From assembly GCA_036488415.1 (NCBI GenBank), contig DASXHQ010000125.1, positions 142 through 64,141 on the forward strand: a DNA stretch of 64,000 nt, read 5' to 3'. This document shows positions 42,838 to 51,173 of the stretch, one piece after another; the stretch's first letter is position 1, and each line of letters opens with the position of its first letter. A model generated the notes under the pieces. That model ran no database searches and was not told the DNA's origin. It saw only the letters and a program-made list of their open reading frames with translations. This DNA is from Rhizomicrobium sp. (GTDB lineage Bacteria > Pseudomonadota > Alphaproteobacteria > Micropepsales > Micropepsaceae). A program made the position numbers and the translations under genes.

Positions 42838-43671
42838 TTGTTCTTTAGTAAAGTGAGAGCGTTTCACGTGATTATAGACTGGCAGGCATCGAAGGAAGAC
42901 TGGATTGACCGTATGCGCGCGGACGTTGCCGCGCGCCTCCTCGCGGACGCGCGGTTCGTCGGTGCCGGGATCATGGTTAGGCGCTTTGATGAAGACGTGG
43001 CGCGCTGGCGTAAGAACGGTAGCTTTCGGTCCGTCATCAACGACGGCAATGAACTCAGTGCCGCCCTGGCTATCCTGGATGATATGAGGCCACAGGATCA
43101 GCTGCTCTACGAGCCGAAGCTGGCACAAACGCGCAAGTCGATAGATTTCTGCGTGATGTGGGCCGACGGCGCACGCAGCTGGATCGATATGAAGACGGTA
43201 GCGCCGCAGTGGAAGAATGATGCCGCAGCCTGGGAACAGTTCTCCCGTATCGCACGCGACTTTCCGGACAACGCTACACTAATCGTAGATCGTGATTTTT
43301 GTGGTGCCGCGCTTGGCACTCAGTTCCTTAAAGCCCGATGGAGTTTGATCCAGCGTACTATCGAACTTGAGGCCAAAGTGGCGTTATTGACGCCGGCTGA
43401 AAAGGGGTCGGTGAGGCTTCTCGTTTGCAACGAGGGTGCCTGGCATGAAGACGATCTAGAAGATTTTGCGGACCTCTATTTCAGCGGCCACTTCCGTGCC
43501 GATGATTGGGCGCAAAATGCCATTGCCCGATATATGACCGAGCGCAATCTTGCCTTTCGACGGACACTTGCCGGTTTCTGCTATTTGGAACGCCATCATG
43601 ACGAGACCTCGGCAGGGCGTTTTACGGTTGATGTGCGGGGGCCAAGATTTTACGGCCCCGTGGCGGCATGA
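42838..43671 (+). CDS. hypothetical protein, possible PD-(D/E)xK nuclease fold
   Basis: YEPK...SIDFCVMW...SWIDMKTV (43111-43194) fits an E...D...DxK arrangement. The start is uncertain (TTG 42838, GTG 42853 or 42868, ATG 42913). The fold call is weak. Confidence 0.4.
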   Translation: MFFSKVRAFHVIIDWQASKEDWIDRMRADVAARLLADARFVGAGIMVRRFDEDVARWRKNGSFRSVINDGNELSAALAILDDMRPQDQLLYEPKLAQTRKSIDFCVMWADGARSWIDMKTVAPQWKNDAAAWEQFSRIARDFPDNATLIVDRDFCGAALGTQFLKARWSLIQRTIELEAKVALLTPAEKGSVRLLVCNEGAWHEDDLEDFADLYFSGHFRADDWAQNAIARYMTERNLAFRRTLAGFCYLERHHDETSAGRFTVDVRGPRFYGPVAA

Positions 43672-43705
43672 TTGGCGCGATCAGCCGAATACTTTTGGTA
43701 GAGCC

Positions 43706-44377
43706 ATGAATTTGGATCACATCCACGGATTGATCGAAAGACTCCGCAAGGCCGTGATCGGCGCGCCTGAATGGATCGAGGCGAAACAGACGTTCGAATA
43801 CAAGAACCAGACAATCGAAGAAGTTGTAGTCCTGAAACTCATCCGGGCCGCCCAAGGCCTGACTGCACTCGATGTCCTGTGCCGCGCAGGCCTTTTTATC
43901 GACTTTGGAGCGAGCATTCGTTCGGTCAACGATTGCGTGGAGGAGGTCTATTTTCTGCTCGAAACCTACCCAGAAAAGCCGGGGCCAAAGGTCGAGCAAT
44001 TCATGAAGAATTTTTTCGAGAATACCATCGACGGATATCTGGATGCTGAAACGCATCAAGTCAATCGCGATAAAATCAGAGCTGCTGTTGTCCGTGTCCT
44101 GAAGGGCGACAAAGACCAAGCTACTCAGCAGATGATAGAAAGAATTTACAAAACTTTTTGCGGCTATGTGCACGCGAGTTACGCGCACATCATGGAAATC
44201 TATAATGGCGGCAATGACGACTTCAATCTCGGCGGCGTTCCATCGGTGCCGGAGCGAGCGAAGCGAATGGAGCATGTGAAGCTCGTTGCGAATTCAGTGC
44301 TGATGGCGGCGGCGTTTGCAGCACACAAATTCAAGCAAGATGTTCTTTACGCAGATGTTCTAAAGTGCGTCGCCTAA
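43706..44377 (+). CDS. hypothetical helical protein
   Basis: 223 aa from the ATG at 43706 (MNLDHIHGLIERLRKAV...). The ORF-track start at 43550 overlaps the preceding gene. No family recognised. Confidence 0.45.
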   Translation: MNLDHIHGLIERLRKAVIGAPEWIEAKQTFEYKNQTIEEVVVLKLIRAAQGLTALDVLCRAGLFIDFGASIRSVNDCVEEVYFLLETYPEKPGPKVEQFMKNFFENTIDGYLDAETHQVNRDKIRAAVVRVLKGDKDQATQQMIERIYKTFCGYVHASYAHIMEIYNGGNDDFNLGGVPSVPERAKRMEHVKLVANSVLMAAAFAAHKFKQDVLYADVLKCVA

Positions 44378-44816
44378 ACCACGACGCGATTTCAGTCTGC
44401 GGTAACATTCCATCGGACAGGTGCAATAGAGAGCACCAGCGATCACACACGGTCCCGCGACCTTGTCGCTCCTGCGAGTGTGCCATAGTGCGCGCCTGTC
44501 GGCATCGCTGGCGCTGACGGCGCTTCCCGCTCGCGCTTGTGCGCGGGCTCCTTGCAGCCTAGCTCGAACCGGGCGCGGCTAAAGCCGCATACCGCTTCGC
44601 GCTTCTGTTAGCCTTGCATTGAGACGGAGGGTTCCGATAGAAAAACAAAGGAAATCAATATATTAGAAAACAGCCCACGATTTCCGACTTCTGCTAACCA
44701 ATTGATCTGTAAGCATAAAGTTGACTTTTCTTCTTTTTATTACACATTCAGTTACACATAAATCCAATTTATTGAATAAATCTATTGAAAATCAGATACT
44801 TAAAGTATAGCATAAT

Positions 44817-44826
44817 AGACTCAAAA
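44817..44826 (+). repeat. attR core, 10-bp direct repeat AGACTCAAAA
   Basis: Identical to 7613-7622. Preceded by an AT-rich arm carrying TTACACA motifs. Confidence 0.75.
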
Positions 44827-44872
44827 TCTGGTTCCGCAAGGAGTGTCGGTTCGATTCCGACCGCCCGCACCA
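44827..44872 (+). tRNA. 3' fragment of the split tRNA-Leu(CAA) gene
   Basis: TCTGG (pairs with CCAGA at 7611-7615), variable arm TCCGCAAGGA, T-arm GTCGGTTCGATTCCGAC, acceptor CGCCCGC (complement of GCGGGCG at 7584-7590), then A and CCA. Joined to 7584-7622 it gives an 85-nt cloverleaf. Confidence 0.85.
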
Positions 44873-44983
44873 GCCTTCGCTGCTCCGCAGCGAAGGCGCA
44901 TCCGCCGAAGCTTTAGCGTAGGCGGACAGCTTGGCATCGCAGCTACGGCTGGCAGGCTACCCTTCGCTTTGATAGAAACCCTC

Positions 44984-45166
44984 ATGCCTCTCGAAACGCG
45001 CGCGGCCTGCGAGAAATGTGCGAAGCCGCTGGCGATGGACTCCGCCGAAGCGCGCATCTGCTCCTATGAATGCACCTTCTGTTCGTCCTGCACCGATGCG
45101 ATGGACGGACGTTGCCCGAACTGCGACGGCGAATTACAGCCACGCCCACGCCGGATGAAAAAGTGA
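44984..45166 (+). CDS. DUF1272-domain zinc-ribbon protein
   Basis: CEKCAKPL...ICSYECTFCSSCTDAMDGRCPNCDGELQPRPRR. Start trimmed to the ATG at 44984, because the upstream part of the ORF runs through the tRNA fragment. Confidence 0.7.
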   Translation: MPLETRAACEKCAKPLAMDSAEARICSYECTFCSSCTDAMDGRCPNCDGELQPRPRRMKK

Positions 45167-45981
45167 ATTACCGACACTCCTTTCATGCCGGAAATTTCGC
45201 CGATGTCGTCAAGCATTTGGCGCTGGTGTCCGCGCTGACGCATCTGAAGAAAAAGGACAAGCCCTTTGTCGTCATCGATACGCATGGCGGACGCGGTCTC
45301 TACGATCTTTCCAGCCGCGAGGCCAAGCGCACCGGCGAACATGAAAGCGGCATCGGCCGCCTTGCGAAGATCAAGGACGGCGAAGGCGCGTTGGGCGATT
45401 ATCTGCGCCTGGTCCGGCCTGCGCCCGATAGCTATCCTGGCTCGCCGCTCATCACCGCCAAGATGCTGCGCCCGATGGACCGTCTCGTCGCCATCGAAAA
45501 GCACAAGGAAGAGTTCGCCGCGTTGCGCGATGCGCTGCATCCGTTCGCCCGCGCCCGCGTGGTGGAAGGCGACGGCTATGAGAGGCTGATCGCGCTGTTG
45601 CCGCCGCCGGAACGGCGCGGGTTGGTGCTGATCGATCCGCCTTATGAGGACGACAAGGAATTCCAGCGCGCCGCGCAGACGCTGATCGGCGCCCATCGCC
45701 GCTTCGCCACCGGCGTTTACATGCTGTGGTTTCCGATCAAATCGAAGCCCATCGCCGATGCCTTCTGCGGCGAGATCGCCAATGCCGGCATCGACAAGCT
45801 GCTGCGCATCGATATCGAGACAAAGCCGCAGCCGAAGGACGAGAAAGAACGCCTCGCCGCCGCCGGTCTCCTGATCGTCAACCCGCCCTTCGGTCTCGAT
45901 GGCGATATGCGCGACGGGGCGAGGATCATCGAGCCAGCGCTGGACGCGCGTATCGACGTGGAATGGTTGGCCGGGAAATAA
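45163..45981 (+). CDS. rlmJ: 23S rRNA (adenine2030-N6)-methyltransferase
   Basis: GTG start (GTGA overlap with the DUF1272 stop). N-terminus NYRHSFHAGNFADVVKHL..., then ..LIDPPYE.., length about 272 aa. Confidence 0.85.
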   Translation: MNYRHSFHAGNFADVVKHLALVSALTHLKKKDKPFVVIDTHGGRGLYDLSSREAKRTGEHESGIGRLAKIKDGEGALGDYLRLVRPAPDSYPGSPLITAKMLRPMDRLVAIEKHKEEFAALRDALHPFARARVVEGDGYERLIALLPPPERRGLVLIDPPYEDDKEFQRAAQTLIGAHRRFATGVYMLWFPIKSKPIADAFCGEIANAGIDKLLRIDIETKPQPKDEKERLAAAGLLIVNPPFGLDGDMRDGARIIEPALDARIDVEWLAGK

Positions 45982-46104
45982 CCAACAATCGCCTACCCGA
46001 GAAAACCGGCGTGGCAAGGAAAACGCCGTCAAAACAGCCTCGGGGCGAGACGTTGAGACAATTCTTGCCTTCGTTGGCCGGGTTGGGTAGTCATCCGCCT
46101 CCGC

Positions 46105-46194
46105 GGACAGGTGGTCGAGTGGTTGATGGCACCGCACTCGAAATGCGGAGACCCTTTACGGGGTTCGTGAGTTCGAATCTCACCCTGTCCGCCA
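46105..46194 (+). tRNA. tRNA-Ser(CGA)
   Basis: GGACAGG...anticodon stem CCGCA/TGCGG with loop CTCGAAA, long variable arm, T-arm GTGAGTTCGAATCTCAC, CCTGTCC G CCA. Confidence 0.9.
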
Positions 46195-46385
46195 CCCTGC
46201 GCCCCAGCGGAGCTTCGGGGTGGCGGGCCGTCACTTTCCAGCAGAAACCCAGCTAAAGAGAAGCCTGCTGGCAATCGCTAGCAATTATCTTTGCAACTAT
46301 ACGGATTTCCAATCTGCCGAAGCGTCTGGTTGCCCAAGGCTTTTTCTTGTTGCACGTTGCGGGCGGCGGAATTCGGGGACTTGGG

Positions 46386-46931
46386 ATGAATAATTGGTTC
46401 AGCATTGTCGCATGCGCGGCACTTGCGCTTTTTCCCGTCTCCGCAAATGCAAAAACCGACACCATCGAAAAGATCGGTCAGGCGTTGGCCATCGCCGAAC
46501 CGGTGTTCGCGGGCGGCGTGTCGATCTACAAAAACGACTGGACCGGCCTTGCCCAGATGACAGTCACCACCGGGGCCACGGTCGGCACGGCGTACGGCTT
46601 GAAATATGTAATCCACGAAGAACGCCCGGATCATTCGGACAACAAGTCGTTCCCGTCCGACACCGCGGCGCTCGCCTTCGCGCCGGCAAACTATTTGTGG
46701 GACCGTTATGGTTGGCAATGGGGCGTGCCCGCCTACGTCGTCGCGGGCTTCGTCGGCTATTCGCGCGTCGAGGCAAAGCAGCATCACTGGTGGGACGTCG
46801 CAGCCAGCGCGGGTCTTGCGTTTGGCTACACCAAGATTTTCACCACGCGTTACGTCAAGCCATACAATCTTTATGGTGACGCTTATGTCACGCCGCATGG
46901 CGCCTTTGTGTCGGTGAACTATCGCTTCTGA
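46386..46931 (+). CDS. PAP2-superfamily phosphatase-like protein
   Basis: Signal peptide MNNWFSIVACAALALFPVSANA. Motifs KYVIHEERP, PSDT (in place of PSGH) and SRVEAKQHHWWDV. Confidence 0.7.
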   Translation: MNNWFSIVACAALALFPVSANAKTDTIEKIGQALAIAEPVFAGGVSIYKNDWTGLAQMTVTTGATVGTAYGLKYVIHEERPDHSDNKSFPSDTAALAFAPANYLWDRYGWQWGVPAYVVAGFVGYSRVEAKQHHWWDVAASAGLAFGYTKIFTTRYVKPYNLYGDAYVTPHGAFVSVNYRF

Positions 46932-46937
46932 CCAACG

Positions 46938-48068
46938 CTACGCCGCGCGCGCTTCGAGCTGATGCAGCTCGAACAGTTCCTGATGGCTGAATTTCAGGTG
47001 TGGCCAGATCACGAGCATTGCGGCGCGGCCGATCTTCTTTTCCAGCGCGTGCATCTCGGCGAATTTCGCGTGGATGTCCGGCGGGATTTCCACCTTCTCG
47101 CCGCTCTCCTTGGCGAGCAGCAGCTTCTCCGCGCGCAGGACGAGCTCGGTGTGCAGCTTGATATAGGCGAAGATTGCGGCCACCACCTCCTTGCTGAAGC
47201 GTGCCGACAGCGTCTGAATGAAGCGCCCCGCGGCGCTGTTCTGGTAGCGGCCGTTCTTGATGTCGTCGAGCATATGCTCGTGGGTTTCATAATCGTGGAC
47301 GAGCCAGCTGTGGACTTCATGCTCGCTCTTGTCGAACAGAAAGAGCAGCACCAGCGGCAACGCCAGGATCGTTCCGGCCGCGGCATAGGCCGGGTAGTCG
47401 ATGAACTGGTTGAAGATCGAATGGATCGACGCAGCTGCAAGGAAACCGGGCAGGAAGCCCCAAATGCCCATATGTTCGTGCCGCTCGCGCAGCGTCTGCG
47501 CCGAGACCGCGAAGAACGCCGCCGCTCCGCCATGCATCAGCGCCGTGCCGAGGCCGCGGATGATCCACAGACCCACATTCGCGTCCGGGAAGATGTAGGC
47601 GTAATAGACATTCTCGAACAGCGAGAAGCCGGCGCCCACCGCAAGCCCCAGGATCGCGGCGTCGATCATGAAGCCGATGCGGTTGCGACTGAACAGCCAC
47701 ACGATCACAAGCCCCTTGAGGCCCTCTTCGATCAGCGGCGCGTAATATTTGCTGTAGGTGGTGAATGCCATGTTCGTGGCGTCGATCAGCGCGCCGCCGG
47801 CGAAATAGCTGAACAGTGCTGCGAAACCGCCCATGATCAGCATGGCGAAGATGGTGCGCGCGCGAACGATCTTGAAGCTGTCGATGTAAAGAAGGCCGAC
47901 CAGATAGAGCAGCACCGGGCCGAGGCCCAGCGCCGCTTCGATGCCGAAATTGGGCGGCATCGCGCCATTGAGGCCGGGCAGGGCGCTGCGCAGGAACCGC
48001 AGCGGCACCACCGCCCACGGGCTGTTCAGGATCTGCTGGATCGGCGGTACGGCGGCGGCTCTGCTCAT
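46938..48068 (-). CDS. PrsW-family intramembrane protease-like protein
   Basis: Multi-TM protein with APLIEEGLKG, GFSLFENVYY and ALMHGGAAAFF motifs resembling PrsW, plus a soluble C-terminal helical tail. Confidence 0.65.
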   Translation of the reverse strand: MSRAAAVPPIQQILNSPWAVVPLRFLRSALPGLNGAMPPNFGIEAALGLGPVLLYLVGLLYIDSFKIVRARTIFAMLIMGGFAALFSYFAGGALIDATNMAFTTYSKYYAPLIEEGLKGLVIVWLFSRNRIGFMIDAAILGLAVGAGFSLFENVYYAYIFPDANVGLWIIRGLGTALMHGGAAAFFAVSAQTLRERHEHMGIWGFLPGFLAAASIHSIFNQFIDYPAYAAAGTILALPLVLLFLFDKSEHEVHSWLVHDYETHEHMLDDIKNGRYQNSAAGRFIQTLSARFSKEVVAAIFAYIKLHTELVLRAEKLLLAKESGEKVEIPPDIHAKFAEMHALEKKIGRAAMLVIWPHLKFSHQELFELHQLEARAA

Positions 48069-48099
48069 CTTGTTGTCAATACGATACGCGGCTTCGGGG

Positions 48100-51000
48100 T
48101 CACAGGATTTTCAGCGATACCATAATTTCGTTCTGGTGCGCACGTCCGCCGTCGAATCCGACCGCGTCTCCAATGGAGAGCACCATCGGCAGACGCACCG
48201 CGACCGTGAAGTTCCAGTCCATCTGGAAGCCCACATCCTCCAGCATCTGGTGGCCTTCATTGCCGGGGCCGGCGAAAAGAACGCCGCCGAACGCAGCGCT
48301 GCGGATCGAGCTCAGATAGAAACTTTCCGTGCCTACATCGTCGAAGCGGATGGGCGGGAAATTGAATTCGCCAGTCAGTTTGCCGAAGCTGCGCGCGCTG
48401 ATGTCGTCGATACCGAAGCCAGGGAAGCTGTCATAGTCGCGATAGCGCTTGATCTCGCGGTCATCGACATAGTTGTTCCCGAAGGCACCGAAGTAATAAT
48501 AATCGAGCGCGTTGTTCGAAGGTCCGCCCGCCATGCCAGCGGCGCCATAGAACCAGACCGAGGCGTGATTCCACGGCAGCGCCCAGCCCACGCTGGCGTC
48601 GGCATGGATTTTGGTGAAGGCGTGATTGTCGGAATACTGCTCCCAGGCATAGATGCCCGCGGTGTATCCCTGCTCGAAGTCGATCGAGCCGAGCGACTTG
48701 TCCGCGTTCTGGAAGCTCCAGCCGAGTTTTCCTTCCGCGATATTGCGGTCGCGCAAGCCCGAGACGTTCTGCGCACCGGGCAGCGTGTCGAGGCCGGTAT
48801 AGAAGTTGAGGTCCGCGGTGAAATCGAGACGGCGCGGCGGATCGTAGATCGGTATGTCGTGATAGCCGATCAGGAGCGCATCACCCTTGCGCGCGCGTTC
48901 GGTCGGCCCAAATAGATCGTAGAAGTCGGCCTTGTTGTGCCAATAGGTCAACTGCCACGACAATGTCTGCCAGGTGATGTCGCCGTGCAGTTGCTGGCCC
49001 TTGTTGAGGCTGCCCGATGGCGAATAGGAAAGATTCGCCGACAGCATGTCGTACTCCAGTGGGTCTTCCCATTGCACATGCCAGCCGCCGGCGACATGGC
49101 CCTTGTAGCCCGCGATGATGGGATAGGACCCGTTCATCACCAGCTCGTCCTCGGCGTGATAGGAGCCTTTGCTCTTCACCATCGAGTCGAAGTCCACCTT
49201 GTCCGGAGAGCCCACTGCCCATGTCTTCACGACGGGATGCTTGTCCGCGACTTCCGTGCCCAGGAATTTCACGCTGCTGAGATCGTCCAGCGGCTTAGGA
49301 TTGATGCGCACCGGCTGAAGCCCGTGTCCCGAATAATCGAACACGATCATCGAGCCGTCGGCCATCGGAAGCGGATGGAAAAAGCCGGTAACGGCATTGG
49401 TGAGCGCGTCCCATTTTCCGGTCGCGATGTTGAGGCGATAGACGTTGGAGATGCCGGTGTAATAGCTCGTGGCATAGACATACTTGCCATCGTCGGAGAA
49501 TACACCGCTTTCGGGGATGGAGCCCGGCAGGTCGAGCCTCGCAACGGGCGCTGTGGCATTCCCCGCCAGCAGGTCGCCAATCTTGAACACGCCCAGATGG
49601 CACTTGCCATCGATGCCGCAGATGGTGGCGAGCAGCAGAACCCCGTCATTGGACACGTCGAGATCCGTCCACATCGTGCCGTAATCGAAGGTGATGACCT
49701 GATTGGCTTGGTCGTGTGCCGCGCGGATGCGCACCAGCGTGTCCAGGCCGTTGAGGCGGCGAACGCCCCAGATCGCCTTGTCCACCGGATCGAAGGCGAT
49801 GTCGCCGATGCGCGCATCTTCCATCAACATTTTGGTTTCGCCCGTATCGACGTTGACCTGCATGAGATCGCGCAGCGCGTTGTTGTCGGCGGTGTAAAAG
49901 GCGAGACGGTTGTCGGGATCGAAAGCGAGCGAGGTGGCGCGATAAAGCATCGGCCCCTTTAGGTTGGTCAGCTTGTGAACGCTGCCGTCCTTCAGCGAGA
50001 TCGTGCCGATATTGGCAAGCTGACCGATGTTGCGAAAGCCCGCGATCAAGCGGTCATCCCTGGCGTCGTAGAACGCGCGCGACACCGATCCCAGTGCGGC
50101 TGGCGTCACCGGCTTTTCTTGCGTCACCGGATATTTCTGGATCGCCGCGAGATTTTTCTTCTGCCATTCATGTTCGAACGCGATCCAGTCATCCCATGCG
50201 TCGGGCAGTGGTTTTCCGAAGACCTTTTCGAACTGCGCCGTGTAATAGCCGTGCGAATCGTTGCCGCGTTTCAGCCATTCGATCAGCTTCTCCGGACCAT
50301 AGGTCAGTGCGAGATAGGAGTCGAAGCGCGTGCCGTAGAGATAGGAGTTGGCGCCGACCTGGAAATCGACAGCATTGCCCTCGGACTCCAGGCCCACCGC
50401 GTCGAAGAAGCGCGCGTTGTCGCGCACCATCGCGCGGAATACCATTTCGTCGTAGCCGCCCTGGGCGCGACCGAGCCCGCCGCCCATCCACGTCTCCATG
50501 AATACGGCGCTGCCTTCCAGATACCAGCGCGGCACCCAGGAGCGCGGCTGCGACAGATAATTGTAGAGAACGGACTCCGGGTGCTCGGTAACGGGCGCCA
50601 CCTTGCCGTGGAAGAAATTGCGCCAGAACGCATCGTCATCGTTCCAGACATCGAGCGTGGCAACGTGCACCATCTCGTGGTTCATCACCGTGAAGAAGCG
50701 TTCGCCCGGCGTCCAGGTCTCGAAGGTGGTCGCGATCGGCCCGACATCGACAGTGACGCCGTTGAAGGGCGTGGAGCGCATCGCCGCGCCGCCATTGTCC
50801 GACAAATCCTGCAGAAGGATCACCGGCTTGTCCCAGGCCTTCCAGTCGAACATCCGGCGCTGGAATGCGTAGGAGTTCTCATACGCTTTGCCGACATAGG
50901 GCGTCAGATAGGTCTGGATCGGATCGTAATAGACCAGCCGCAGATCGTCCGTCTGCATCTGTTTCAGATAGTCGTCATCGGCCCTGGCCGCGACGCTTTC

Positions 51001-51105
51001 CATGCAAAGAAGAGCCGCCAGCCCGAAAGCCGCCGTCCTGCAAATCCCCGCCAAAACTCTGCCCCGTGAAATTCCCCGCCCGGACATTGGCAGCATGGGG
51101 CCCAA
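48100..51105 (-). CDS. large secreted protein with an HExxH motif, beta-propeller-like middle and beta-rich C-terminal region
   Basis: Signal-like N-terminus, NHEMVHVATLD, and repeated TolB-like propeller-type segments. 1001 aa. No precise family assigned. Confidence 0.65.
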   Translation of the reverse strand: MGPMLPMSGRGISRGRVLAGICRTAAFGLAALLCMESVAARADDDYLKQMQTDDLRLVYYDPIQTYLTPYVGKAYENSYAFQRRMFDWKAWDKPVILLQDLSDNGGAAMRSTPFNGVTVDVGPIATTFETWTPGERFFTVMNHEMVHVATLDVWNDDDAFWRNFFHGKVAPVTEHPESVLYNYLSQPRSWVPRWYLEGSAVFMETWMGGGLGRAQGGYDEMVFRAMVRDNARFFDAVGLESEGNAVDFQVGANSYLYGTRFDSYLALTYGPEKLIEWLKRGNDSHGYYTAQFEKVFGKPLPDAWDDWIAFEHEWQKKNLAAIQKYPVTQEKPVTPAALGSVSRAFYDARDDRLIAGFRNIGQLANIGTISLKDGSVHKLTNLKGPMLYRATSLAFDPDNRLAFYTADNNALRDLMQVNVDTGETKMLMEDARIGDIAFDPVDKAIWGVRRLNGLDTLVRIRAAHDQANQVITFDYGTMWTDLDVSNDGVLLLATICGIDGKCHLGVFKIGDLLAGNATAPVARLDLPGSIPESGVFSDDGKYVYATSYYTGISNVYRLNIATGKWDALTNAVTGFFHPLPMADGSMIVFDYSGHGLQPVRINPKPLDDLSSVKFLGTEVADKHPVVKTWAVGSPDKVDFDSMVKSKGSYHAEDELVMNGSYPIIAGYKGHVAGGWHVQWEDPLEYDMLSANLSYSPSGSLNKGQQLHGDITWQTLSWQLTYWHNKADFYDLFGPTERARKGDALLIGYHDIPIYDPPRRLDFTADLNFYTGLDTLPGAQNVSGLRDRNIAEGKLGWSFQNADKSLGSIDFEQGYTAGIYAWEQYSDNHAFTKIHADASVGWALPWNHASVWFYGAAGMAGGPSNNALDYYYFGAFGNNYVDDREIKRYRDYDSFPGFGIDDISARSFGKLTGEFNFPPIRFDDVGTESFYLSSIRSAAFGGVLFAGPGNEGHQMLEDVGFQMDWNFTVAVRLPMVLSIGDAVGFDGGRAHQNEIMVSLKIL

Positions 51106-51173
51106 AAAAACAGCCGCCGGTGGTTAACCGGCGGCTGCAGGATCAAAAAAGTCTGTTTAACGCTACAAAAGCC

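Larger units (their letters stand above)
7623..44826. mobile_element. integrative mobilizable element / genomic island (about 37.2 kb) inserted in tRNA-Leu(CAA)
   Basis: Bounded by the two halves of one tRNA gene and a 10-bp direct repeat. Carries an integrase at the left end, a T4 coupling protein, MobC and a relaxase. Also contains an IS110 transposase, AT-richer patches and defence-type cargo. Housekeeping genes lie on both outer flanks. Confidence 0.85.

Noticed and set aside
44378-44640. GC-rich 260-bp gene-free stretch before the AT-rich attR arm
   Set aside because: I found no ORF, clear hairpin series or repeat. It may be a decayed gene remnant, but nothing can be supported from sequence alone.
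45064-46137. 357-aa minus-strand ORF opposite rlmJ that runs into the tRNA-Ser gene
   Set aside because: It is antisense to a clear RlmJ, overlaps a tRNA gene, and has Arg/Asp/Gln-rich low-complexity composition.
46962-51069. Long plus-strand ORFs (387, 324, 341 and 364 aa) opposite the PrsW-like and 1001-aa genes
   Set aside because: They are shadow ORFs, rich in Arg, His, Asp and Glu, with no motifs. The minus-strand products have TM helices, a signal peptide and conserved motifs.
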